DNA of 40,889 bases from Chamaesiphon sp. OTE_78_metabat_374 (GCA_031385105.1 JANNBD010000221.1:1-40889); one strand, 5' to 3'. Counted from the stretch's first letter, positions 18,443-27,766 are shown. Translations and numbers: made by a program. The notes: a model not told the origin generated them from the letters alone.

Positions 18443-19879
18443 ATGAATATCTCTCCAAATCAAACCCAACTATTAAAAACAATTTATCCAGAGCACATTT
18501 GGATCGAAGTCGTTGGCGGAGCCTCTCCAACGGAGAATCTGCGTGATGGTAATGTGCAGCAATACGTGCAGGCGATTAGTGGATATCTAACAGAATCGCT
18601 TAACTTAACTGTCACATCAATTTTCCCCAGTGGAGAACCAAACTTAATCTTTGTAGCTAAATTAGTTAATGGCTTTGCTTTGTCAGTTGCCGGAATCAAA
18701 GTTGCTTTTATTCCTAGTCAAGATCTAGATTTTATGGGCTTTGAAGTTCAGCGAGAATGGGTAGAATTAAGTAATTGGATTGCCGATTATTATGTACCAG
18801 TTCAAGTCGATACTGAGCATAACTGTCTACATTTGTGGGGTTTTATTTCCCATCGGTACTTATGCCAGAAAGCCACTTTGGATCGAAATTTACACAGCTA
18901 TGAAGTTGACGCAGTAGATCTAGTTAGCAACTTAGACTCCCTCTGGACTATGTGCGATCTAGTGTCACGGCAAGCTATCTCCAGTGAACGAGGCGAGATC
19001 CCAAATTTACCACCATTGTCCGAGCTAGAGGCGCGAAAACTGATCGATCGACTCAAACAGCATCAATCTATCTTTTCGCCCCGATTAACGCTACCCTTCG
19101 CCCAATGGGGAGCAATTCTGAATTCACCTGAGTATCTAGAAATCTATGCAGAGCCAGAGCTGATAGTTACTCAGATTAGTCGCTGGTTTCAAGCTCAAAC
19201 TAGCTCAATTGAGCAAGCAACAGCAAAATTAGTTGAGACGATTGAACAAAAGCTGCCCGAACGCGACTGGATCTCAATTAATGGATTTTACGATCGATCT
19301 GTCAGTTTATCTGGCTACTTTGCCAAGTCAACAGAGCAACAGTTTAATCTACAGGGGATCATCCCAACTAATGAACTCGAAATCTGCCAGATAGTGAGAA
19401 ACTTATATGCCAATCAAACCCCAGCTAATCACATTAAGCTACCCCAAAATATTGAATCACCTTTGTTATTGCTGGTTCATCTAGTTCAACACACCACCGA
19501 CGAAACACTGCGGTGGCAGGCTGCGGAATATTTATGGACAATTAATCCAGAAAATCATCATTACCAGCGCAAAATCAAAGATTTGGGACTGGTGATGCAG
19601 GGATACAAACTAGGCTTGATGGTTGCCGCAATTCCGTTATTAGATGGCACGTACTCAATTCTAAACCGAATTTATGCGATCGGCGATCGTGATTGTCTAC
19701 CACCCCATGTGCAGTTGACTTTAGCGACAGCAAGTGGCGAACAATTATACCAAGTGGCAAGTCGTTCAACTGTGACCGATCGCTATATTCAACTCTACTT
19801 TACGGCAAGTGTTGGCGATCGGTTTAATATTTGGGTAGAAATGAATAATGTGCGGATCGTTGAAGCTTTTGCCGTCTAG
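18443..19879 (+). CDS. DUF1822 family protein
   Basis: FEVQREWVELSNWIADYYVPVQV...L.LWGFISH matches the DUF1822 core. The C-terminal LPP..QL......IQLYF....GDRF beta domain is also typical. Confidence 0.85.
   Translation: MNISPNQTQLLKTIYPEHIWIEVVGGASPTENLRDGNVQQYVQAISGYLTESLNLTVTSIFPSGEPNLIFVAKLVNGFALSVAGIKVAFIPSQDLDFMGFEVQREWVELSNWIADYYVPVQVDTEHNCLHLWGFISHRYLCQKATLDRNLHSYEVDAVDLVSNLDSLWTMCDLVSRQAISSERGEIPNLPPLSELEARKLIDRLKQHQSIFSPRLTLPFAQWGAILNSPEYLEIYAEPELIVTQISRWFQAQTSSIEQATAKLVETIEQKLPERDWISINGFYDRSVSLSGYFAKSTEQQFNLQGIIPTNELEICQIVRNLYANQTPANHIKLPQNIESPLLLLVHLVQHTTDETLRWQAAEYLWTINPENHHYQRKIKDLGLVMQGYKLGLMVAAIPLLDGTYSILNRIYAIGDRDCLPPHVQLTLATASGEQLYQVASRSTVTDRYIQLYFTASVGDRFNIWVEMNNVRIVEAFAV
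18513..18536 (+). repeat. 24-nt in-frame SDR5-like insertion in the DUF1822 gene (gives VGGASPTEN)
   Basis: TTGGCGGAGCCTCTCCAACGGAGA between CG and ATC with a TCTCC/GGAGA hairpin; removal gives ...IEVDLR.... Confidence 0.8.
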
Positions 19880-19978
19880 TCTCGGTCTAGACAGCCATAA
19901 TTAGATCTTGGTCGATATTCGCGCTAAATTAAGATACGGGTGCTGACTGATTTGTGATTATTTTAGAGATTAAATTCT

Positions 19979-22597
19979 ATGACCTATGTTCGGATCATTC
20001 ATATCACTCGCATTCCTGATTCAGAGCAAGTGTTTGTAACGCTGACAAGTGCTACCATTGATGATGAAACCGGATCGATTATCAGTCAGCCCCATGACGT
20101 TGCTTCATGTTTATTAAACGTTCAATCTTTGGTTACGTTAAATAGACAAATCATCAAAGATTTTCAAGCGGCAACGACTCAAGATTGCTACTTTGGTGGC
20201 ATTCAAATTCCTGAAACAATGGTTTGCCAGGTAGCCGATCTGCTTGGCAAATTGAGAACAGATATTCAGCAGCTTCAAGCAGCAATAAATCTGACGTTAT
20301 CTCAAGATCCCTGGTCAATTATTCGCGAAGAATTACTTCAGAGTTTGATCGGCACAGATCCGAGCAAAACAATTAGACTGGTAATCCGAACTGATGAGAT
20401 CGATCTTCAAGCTCTGCCACTTGAACGAACCTCATTTATTACCAACGTGCTGGCACGGGAAAATAGAAGTGTTAGCGTTGTATTCGCACCCCCAAAACAA
20501 CCTAAAAAATTGATCTGGCTCGGCGCACCTAAAATCCTTGTAGTTTTGGGCTGTCAAAAAAACATCAAACAAAAAATTTGTATTGACGATCTGAAAAAAC
20601 ATTTTCCACTTACTGCAATTTTTAGGCCAATCGAGCCACAGTCGCCAGCAGAACTGCTCAAAACTATTGCTGACGAGGTGTTTGATGTCATCATCATTGT
20701 TGGGCACAGCTACGCCGATCAAAGCGGAATTGATGGGCGAATTAATATCAACGATCGCGGTGATAGTATCTCGATTCAGGAGTTAACTAAACCTTTCAAA
20801 GATAGTGTTAATCATGGCCTAAAGCTGGTAGTTTTGGCAGGTTGTTCGAGTATTGGAGTTGCTAGAGCCTTAGCATCAAATAATATTGGTGTCCCGAATG
20901 TAATTGCTTTTAGAATTCCCGTTCATTATCAGGTATTGCAGCTTTTCTTCGATCGACTATTGACGAAATGGGTAACTAATGGTCAAAGTCTAGAAGTTGC
21001 TTTAACCAATACTAGAGCAGAATTGACTTTGCACGATAGGGATTGCCCTGGTGCATCAATTCTACCAATCTTACTAACTTCGCCCTACGATCCACCGTTA
21101 TTCTACCCAGCAGCTAAAGTTGAGCCAGAACTTAAACCTGACTCAATTTTTTCAAAAATACTGCATATTCTGGTATTTCAGCCTCTAGTAACAATTAACG
21201 TTAGAGGAAACCAAGTGAAAGTACCACCGATCGTATTTATTGGCACGGCTGCCGCTATATTATTTTATGGTCTTACCAGTCTGCCTCAATTAGAATCCAC
21301 TCGTGACAACAAAATTGGAGACGGAATTAGTGTTGGCGAAGAAATTTTGCTTCAAGAAGGAAGTATTAGTCCTCAAGAAGATAAACAAGCTGGTGCTAAT
21401 GCAATTGCCAACAACGATTATCCGAGAGCAGTTCAATTTTTAAACCAAGCTTGGGCTGATAAAAAAGATCCAGAAACGCTAATTATGCTAGAAAATGCCA
21501 AGCTAGCAGATCGCAAAGTGCCAGTCAAAAGTATTGCCGTCACCGTGCCTGGATCTCAGTCTACTCCACTAGATATTCCCACGAGTATGCTCAAAGCAGT
21601 CAGCTTTGCCCAGCAGCAGTGGAATGCAGATCCCAATCATACCTGGAAACTAGAAGTCGTCTTGGTAGACGATCGCAATGACAAAAATCAGGTACGCGGG
21701 TTAGCCACCAATATTCTAAAAAGAGGTGTAATTGCTGGAATTGGTAGTTACTCATCAGAAGTAACGTTATCCGCTAGAGAAATCTACAAATCCGAGCGAA
21801 CTGTTCTAATTTCTAGTACCAGTACATCTAGTAAATTAACTAATAAAACTCCAGATAATTTCTTTTTTCGAGTTTGCTCAAGTAGTGAAATATCTGGCAA
21901 ACAAATTGCTGCTTATCTCAAAAGCCACAAACATACTAAAATCGCCCTTTTTCATACCAGCGGTAGAGCCTTTAGTGACTCAATGACTAAAGCGTTGAAA
22001 GCAAATATTCAAGGGATCAATATCGTCAAAGAGTTTAACTTTGAGGGTAAAGGATCGGCACTTACCTATCTCCAAGCAGCCAAACAAGCTGGAGCACAAG
22101 CGATCGTCCTAATTCCTGATGCCTATACCAGCTCGGCTCCAGAACGCAATCGACTCCTATCGATCATTCGTGAAAATAATGGCGACTTACCAATTATCGG
22201 CAATGAAGTTGTTAAAGATCAAACTCTGTTTAATTTCAGTAGTCAGCAATTGAAAAAACTAGTAATCAGCCTCCCCTGGCACTCCTCTAGTTATCAAAAC
22301 AATACGATCGCGCTGCCTGATTTCTGGGGAAATAAATCCCAGCTAGATCACCGGATTGCGATGACTTACGATGCGACCCAAGTAGCAATCAAAGCTCTAG
22401 ATCTAGTCCCACTCGATCTAGATCCTCGTGAAGCTCGTAAACAAGTTCAAGAAACGATCGAAGATCCTACTTTCAATATTAATGGAATTACTGGAGAGAT
22501 TAGCTTCAAGGGTAGCGACAGATCTCAGCCGATCAACAGTCTAGTCCAACCCAAATGCACCCAGGCTAAATGTGAAGGTTTTCAACCTGCCTTGTAG
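19979..22597 (+). CDS. CHAT (caspase/HetF-like) protease + TM helix + extracytoplasmic branched-chain amino-acid-binding-like domain
   Basis: CHAT motifs LQALPLE, DVIIIVGHS (His243), LKLVVLAGCSS (Cys289) and ALTNTR. Hydrophobic segment at about aa 418-435. Type-1 periplasmic binding protein motifs DDRND, GSYSS, LISSTSTS, FFFRV, YDA and GITG.I.F. Confidence 0.87.
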   Translation: MTYVRIIHITRIPDSEQVFVTLTSATIDDETGSIISQPHDVASCLLNVQSLVTLNRQIIKDFQAATTQDCYFGGIQIPETMVCQVADLLGKLRTDIQQLQAAINLTLSQDPWSIIREELLQSLIGTDPSKTIRLVIRTDEIDLQALPLERTSFITNVLARENRSVSVVFAPPKQPKKLIWLGAPKILVVLGCQKNIKQKICIDDLKKHFPLTAIFRPIEPQSPAELLKTIADEVFDVIIIVGHSYADQSGIDGRININDRGDSISIQELTKPFKDSVNHGLKLVVLAGCSSIGVARALASNNIGVPNVIAFRIPVHYQVLQLFFDRLLTKWVTNGQSLEVALTNTRAELTLHDRDCPGASILPILLTSPYDPPLFYPAAKVEPELKPDSIFSKILHILVFQPLVTINVRGNQVKVPPIVFIGTAAAILFYGLTSLPQLESTRDNKIGDGISVGEEILLQEGSISPQEDKQAGANAIANNDYPRAVQFLNQAWADKKDPETLIMLENAKLADRKVPVKSIAVTVPGSQSTPLDIPTSMLKAVSFAQQQWNADPNHTWKLEVVLVDDRNDKNQVRGLATNILKRGVIAGIGSYSSEVTLSAREIYKSERTVLISSTSTSSKLTNKTPDNFFFRVCSSSEISGKQIAAYLKSHKHTKIALFHTSGRAFSDSMTKALKANIQGINIVKEFNFEGKGSALTYLQAAKQAGAQAIVLIPDAYTSSAPERNRLLSIIRENNGDLPIIGNEVVKDQTLFNFSSQQLKKLVISLPWHSSSYQNNTIALPDFWGNKSQLDHRIAMTYDATQVAIKALDLVPLDLDPREARKQVQETIEDPTFNINGITGEISFKGSDRSQPINSLVQPKCTQAKCEGFQPAL

Positions 22598-22607
22598 TAG
22601 TCATTGA

Positions 22608-23213
22608 TTAGGGATTAATCGATCGCATTTCCCATGATCCATCTACCAAATCATACAAATAACAGCTCTGTGGTTCACCACGTAACTCTAAATGGGTAAC
22701 TTTAATGACATCTAGTAATAATAAGCAAAAATTCTCCGACGGCTGATGCTCGTCCGGCTGGGGTGGATTAAATGCTTGCGGTTCTTCGCTTCTATCTGCC
22801 CCAGGCGTTGCCCAATCAAACTGAACGCGCCCAGCATCAGACATGCCCTGCCATAACGTCTGACGCGCCTTAGAGTAGCTGGTATGGATAGATTCTACCG
22901 TGACTAGCTCCAGCTTCCCACTCAATCGAAACTGCTCCCGCGTCTTGGGAAAATACCAACAAGCTTCTGCCCAGGGGGAAGCATCCGTCAGGAGACTAAT
23001 TGCTTTTTGCGATCGAATATCCGCCACAAACTGAGCCTGGCTACCCGGCTCAAACCAGCCCCGAAATACCAGTGAGCGATTGCGCGGACGATGATCGCGA
23101 TCCACCGTTGCTAATTGGACATAACGTGCATTTGGTAAGCTGCGATTGCGATGTAGTGCCCGGGCGATCGAAGACCGCCACGGAGGGAGACTATCGTTCA
23201 AAATAAAATCCAT
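22608..23213 (-). CDS. FMN-binding pyridoxamine 5'-phosphate oxidase-related protein
   Basis: YVQLATV...P.NR.LVFRG, D.RS.K and CWYFPKTREQFRL.G. Confidence 0.88.
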   Translation of the reverse strand: MDFILNDSLPPWRSSIARALHRNRSLPNARYVQLATVDRDHRPRNRSLVFRGWFEPGSQAQFVADIRSQKAISLLTDASPWAEACWYFPKTREQFRLSGKLELVTVESIHTSYSKARQTLWQGMSDAGRVQFDWATPGADRSEEPQAFNPPQPDEHQPSENFCLLLLDVIKVTHLELRGEPQSCYLYDLVDGSWEMRSINP

Positions 23214-23367
23214 TAAGTTTACAAACTTATTTTAACTCGGAGTTCCGCCATTAGAGGGGGATCTAAGCTCTGGGAGTAGCGTATATCAACGGTTTTGACA
23301 ACATTGATTTATTCTATGTGGATGCTTTATATTACTAAGTTCGTTCAGCAATTAGCATAGCTCACTC

Positions 23368-26300
23368 ATGGTTAGAGAACTTAGCCGAGTTCATCAGGGA
23401 TCTGGATCCAGCGAGGAGATTTCGCCCCAGACACAACAGTTCGACTCCGCTCACTGCGAGACTTTAGACTTTCCCGCCAGCGCACCTACAGCCAATCCTG
23501 TCTTTTTCAGAACTTATAGCCGCTTCACCGCCACCGGACGCGAAACATGGCAGGATGTCTGCACCCGCACCCTCGCCGGACTAGTCAAACTCGGTAAACT
23601 GACCGATGCAGAAGCCGATGTAATCGATCGAATGCAGCGTCAGGTAAAAGCTATGCCATCAGGACGCTGGCTCTGGGTTGGTGGGAGCCAATGGCTAGAA
23701 CAACCCCAAAACTTTTCGGGTGCCTACAATTGCACCAGCACGAACGTCTGCGACTGGGCAGCGTTTGCCCTGATGATGGATCTAGCCATGATGGGCTGTG
23801 GCACAGGCGGGATTCTCGAACCAGATCTGATTGGCAATCTACCTGCGATTAGGAATCAGCTCAGTGTTACAACTATTAGCGAAATTGGCAAAGTTCCGAT
23901 CGCAAGTCGTCAAGAATTAAGCACCGTCGAAATTGCCGGAAATAACGCCACAATTCGCGTCGGTGATAGTCGTCAAGGTTGGGTTAATTCTTACAAGATC
24001 TTATTAGAGTTATCTAGTGACGATCGATTTGATGATGAAGTGCAAGTCAGCATCGATCTCAGCAACGTTCGTCCGGCTGGCGAACCGCTCAAAGGCTTTG
24101 GTGGTGTTGCTAATCCAGTGAGATTGTTAGAGCTATATGGACGCTGTGCGAGTATCTTAAATAAGGCGATTGGGAGACAATTAAACTCGGTTGAATGTTG
24201 TCTGTTAATCGATGAAGCTGCGGTCACGATTGTAGCCGGAAACATTAGAAGATCAGCCGGGATGCGGCAATTCAATTCTGATGATACATTAGGGGCAACT
24301 GCTAAGGATAATCTGTGGCAGCAAGACGAAAATGGAAGCTGGAGAATTGACCCAGAACGTGATGCTTTGCGGATGAGTAATCATACTCGCGTTTTCCATA
24401 AAAAACCTACTTTAGAAGAATGCGTTGCCGCAGTTCAGAAGCAATATTATTCCGGTGAAGGAGCGATTCAATGGGCTGGTGAAGCTGTAGCTCGATCAAA
24501 TGCGGATCTACTAACAACATCAACATTAAAAGCTGATTTTCTCAAAGTTTACGAACAAGGAAAAGCAAAAGAATGGTTCCAAAATAATCATCCTAATCTA
24601 GATGCAAAAGAAGTAGAACATCGTTTGTCTAGGTTTGGTCTGAATCCTTGTGTTACTGCTGATACTTGGGTACATACTGATTCCGGTGCTAGACAAGTTC
24701 AAGACTTGATTGGTATTCAGCATGGTACTTATATCAACGGTGAATTGTTTAGTACAACTAAAGATGGTTTTTTCTACTCTGGTACCAAACCAGTTGTGAA
24801 GTTACAAACCAAAGAAGGCTATCAACTCCGGCTGACAGCCAATCATCAAGTCCTAAAAGTCACATCACAAACTCAAAAAAGTCAATATACTCAATGGGTT
24901 GAAGCTGGTACTTTAGAACCAGGTGATCGCGTACTAATCCACAATCATCGTAATCTGGTAGCTTGGGATGGATCTGGTACTGCTGAAACAGGATGGCTAT
25001 TAGGAAGCTTGATCGGAGATGGTTGTTTTGCAACTCATGAAGCTAGTTATTCTGCTCAAGCTAAACTGCGGTTCTGGGGTGATACTCAAGTTGAAATGAA
25101 AGAGTACGCATTACAATTAGTTAAATCTAATGTGGTGTGTGCAGATGCCCTCACAGGTCTTTACAATCAGCACAATAAATATTACGAAATTAATTCTGCT
25201 GGATTGAGAAAACTAGCCGCAGAATATGATATACGTCACGGTCACAAAACGATCACGCCGAAAGTTGAAGCAGCTAGCTATGATTTCTATTGTGGTTTCT
25301 TGCGGGGATTATTTGATGCTGATGGTAGCGTTCAAGGTACCCAGCAAAAAGGAATTAGCGTTCGGTTAGCTCAAAGTAACTTAGAGCTACTAGAAGCTGT
25401 GCAACGGATGTTACTAAGAATTGGAATTGCATCTACTATTTACCAAAATCGTCGTGATGCTGGAATGCGGATGTTGCCGGATTCTAACCGCGAGTTGGCT
25501 GAATACTATTGTCAAGCTCAACATGAATTAGTAATTGCTAATAATAACCTAGCTACTTACCAAGACCTAGTGGGTTTTCAAGAACCACTGAAAGCGGAAA
25601 GATTAGCGACCTTAATTGCTGGTTATCAACGGAAACTCAATCGTGAACGTTTTACTGCAACTATTTCAGCGATTACACCTGATGGTGAAGAAGCTGTTTA
25701 TGATTGTACAGTTCCTGGCCCAGCTCGATTTGATGCGAATGGATTTGTTGCTCACAATTGTGGAGAGATCTTAGGAACGAACTTTCATTGCAATCTTTCT
25801 GAAGTACACCTGAATCAGCTAGATCCAGATAACCATCAAGAACAGAAAGATGCTTTCATTGCTAGTGGTTTAGCCGTCGCAGCATTACTCAATCACAAAT
25901 TCCAGGAACCTCGCTATCAATATAGTCGTGAACTAGATCCGATCGTGGGTGTCTCGTTCACTGGTTTGTTTGACTTCTTCGTCCATGCCTTTGGTGCTGA
26001 ATGGCTGCAATGGTGGGAAAAAGGTCGTCCGGCGACTGCGGCGGGGATTATGTACAAGCAGAAAGAGCACGAGTATCTGAATACTTGGCGCAAAGTAGTT
26101 GAAGAAACCGTGTGGGCTTACTGTGATAAGCATGGGATCAAACGTCCGAATCGCTGCACGACTGTTCAACCTTCTGGAACCAAATCGCTGCTGACTGGTG
26201 CCTCTCCTGGCTGGCACGCTCCCAAAGCCCAGCGGTTTATTCGTCGGATCACTTTCCGCAAGGATGATCCTGTAGCCCTCGCTTGTATCGACTACGGGTA

Positions 26301-26841
26301 TAGCGTGATTCCATCGCAATCTGATAAGGATGAAAATGGTAATTTGCTTAATGATGCCTATGATCCGCGTTGTACCGAATGGTTGATCGAGATTCCGGTA
26401 GCGGTGTCTTGGGCTGATATTCCTGGTGCAGATTCGATCGAGATTTCCCAAATTAGCGCGTTATCTCAGATGGACTTCTACATGTGCGTGCAGCAACACT
26501 ATGTCCGTCACAATACCAGTGCAACGATCGAATTGCGTGAGCATGAGGTTGATGAACTCGGTAAGCGGATTTTTGAAGCGATTCGGGATGATGAGGGCTA
26601 TATCTCAGCCGCACTACTAGCGCGGTTTGACGATCATCAGACGTTCCCACGTTTGCCATTTGAACCGATCGATAAAGCTACTTTTGACGAGATGATGATT
26701 GGAGTCACCACTCGCCGTCAGACAGCCGAATTTCACACTGCTTTGAGTCGTTATGACATTGGTAGTGCAACGGAGGAAATCGGCCCTGCTGGATGTGATT
26801 CTGATAAGTGTTTACTGCCAGAGGCTAAACCAAATAGTTAG
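23368..26841 (+). CDS. nrdJ: adenosylcobalamin-dependent (class II) ribonucleoside-triphosphate reductase, intein-containing
   Basis: VFFRTYSR, PSGRWLW, YNC, VAGNIRRSA, NP[intein]CGEI, CNLSEV, TTVQPSGT and C-terminal GCDSDKC. Confidence 0.95.
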   Translation: MVRELSRVHQGSGSSEEISPQTQQFDSAHCETLDFPASAPTANPVFFRTYSRFTATGRETWQDVCTRTLAGLVKLGKLTDAEADVIDRMQRQVKAMPSGRWLWVGGSQWLEQPQNFSGAYNCTSTNVCDWAAFALMMDLAMMGCGTGGILEPDLIGNLPAIRNQLSVTTISEIGKVPIASRQELSTVEIAGNNATIRVGDSRQGWVNSYKILLELSSDDRFDDEVQVSIDLSNVRPAGEPLKGFGGVANPVRLLELYGRCASILNKAIGRQLNSVECCLLIDEAAVTIVAGNIRRSAGMRQFNSDDTLGATAKDNLWQQDENGSWRIDPERDALRMSNHTRVFHKKPTLEECVAAVQKQYYSGEGAIQWAGEAVARSNADLLTTSTLKADFLKVYEQGKAKEWFQNNHPNLDAKEVEHRLSRFGLNPCVTADTWVHTDSGARQVQDLIGIQHGTYINGELFSTTKDGFFYSGTKPVVKLQTKEGYQLRLTANHQVLKVTSQTQKSQYTQWVEAGTLEPGDRVLIHNHRNLVAWDGSGTAETGWLLGSLIGDGCFATHEASYSAQAKLRFWGDTQVEMKEYALQLVKSNVVCADALTGLYNQHNKYYEINSAGLRKLAAEYDIRHGHKTITPKVEAASYDFYCGFLRGLFDADGSVQGTQQKGISVRLAQSNLELLEAVQRMLLRIGIASTIYQNRRDAGMRMLPDSNRELAEYYCQAQHELVIANNNLATYQDLVGFQEPLKAERLATLIAGYQRKLNRERFTATISAITPDGEEAVYDCTVPGPARFDANGFVAHNCGEILGTNFHCNLSEVHLNQLDPDNHQEQKDAFIASGLAVAALLNHKFQEPRYQYSRELDPIVGVSFTGLFDFFVHAFGAEWLQWWEKGRPATAAGIMYKQKEHEYLNTWRKVVEETVWAYCDKHGIKRPNRCTTVQPSGTKSLLTGASPGWHAPKAQRFIRRITFRKDDPVALACIDYGYSVIPSQSDKDENGNLLNDAYDPRCTEWLIEIPVAVSWADIPGADSIEISQISALSQMDFYMCVQQHYVRHNTSATIELREHEVDELGKRIFEAIRDDEGYISAALLARFDDHQTFPRLPFEPIDKATFDEMMIGVTTRRQTAEFHTALSRYDIGSATEEIGPAGCDSDKCLLPEAKPNS
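24649..25758 (+). mobile_element. 370-aa intein with LAGLIDADG homing endonuclease
   Basis: Starts CVTADT; block B LTANH; LAGLIDADG motifs LLGSLIGDG and FLRGLFDADG; block F VYDCTV; ends VAHN followed by the extein Cys. Confidence 0.96.
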
Positions 26842-26886
26842 ATTAGTTTAAGCGCGAATAATCAGCAATATGCTGATTAGAAGCGA

Positions 26887-26917
26887 AGCCCATCGATTTA
26901 ATCGATGGGCTTTTTTA
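26887..26917 (+). terminator. intrinsic terminator after nrdJ
   Basis: AGCCCATCGATT-T-AATCGATGGGCT followed by a T-run. A second hairpin TAATCAGCA-ATA-TGCTGATTA lies at 26859-26879. Confidence 0.88.
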
Positions 26918-27196
26918 TTGAAGACAGGCGTACATTGATTGAATATTTAATCGATATCAGTAGCGATTAAATCAGGTCAGATTAGCGAATAAAGTATTTT
27001 TAACGACAGAAAAAATATAAATTTAATGCATTGAATAGAATTAAAAAATTTCAGATAAAAAGTAATTCTTGCTACAGAAGCAATCTAATTAAATTGCTAA
27101 TTTGTGCTTGTTAACAAGAGCTTTTCGGAAGCTAACTCTCGAATTGCTTGAGTACAATCAAACATTGCATAGTTTAAATTAGGAATTTTCAGATCG

Positions 27197-27766
27197 ATGC
27201 GTAAGTTACTTGTATATTTAGGTTTGAGTTTAATTGCTACTAGCCTAAATAGTTTATCTTTATCTGCTAAAGCTTTAGTTCCACAACAATCTCAGTTGAC
27301 ATCAGCTTATCAGAAATATGTTGCTATCACCGGAGCAGATCAAAAGGAAGTTGCGAAGAAGACTAACGAACTATTAACTGCTAATGGAGAATTTGCTCGG
27401 ACAATTGCTAAGGGTCTAGGAGCTGATGTTACTGCCGGAACTCCACCTGCTGGTGATATATTCAAGCAAAATCTATTTTTGATCCTCCAGAATCAGAAGA
27501 CATTTAGAATGATTGCGGAGAAGATTGGTGCGACGGCTGCACCTGCTGGTGCGGTAGAAGGAGCCGATCAGTCTGCAAAGAATCACAGTATTCTCCAGAC
27601 CAATAAGAAGATTGTTGGGCAAATTCTGAAAAAACTGGGAATTACACCAACTCCACCAACACTTACAGGCACCTTTGAAGAAAAAAATGTCACACTGCTG
27701 ATCGGTAATCGTGCAGCACTTGACAAGATTGACGCAAAGCTTAAGGAGATGGGTAAGCTTAAATAA
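27197..27766 (+). CDS. exported hypothetical protein with four internal helical repeats
   Basis: Signal peptide ending AKA, AGGA RBS, and a repeated N-x2-(L/I)L-x2-N-x6-I-x3-(L/I)G-like unit. Confidence 0.78.
   Translation: MRKLLVYLGLSLIATSLNSLSLSAKALVPQQSQLTSAYQKYVAITGADQKEVAKKTNELLTANGEFARTIAKGLGADVTAGTPPAGDIFKQNLFLILQNQKTFRMIAEKIGATAAPAGAVEGADQSAKNHSILQTNKKIVGQILKKLGITPTPPTLTGTFEEKNVTLLIGNRAALDKIDAKLKEMGKLK

Noticed and set aside
23214-23367. NrdR box or cobalamin riboswitch upstream of nrdJ
   Set aside because: No convincing match to either was seen, and the 154-nt divergent gap is short for a cobalamin riboswitch.
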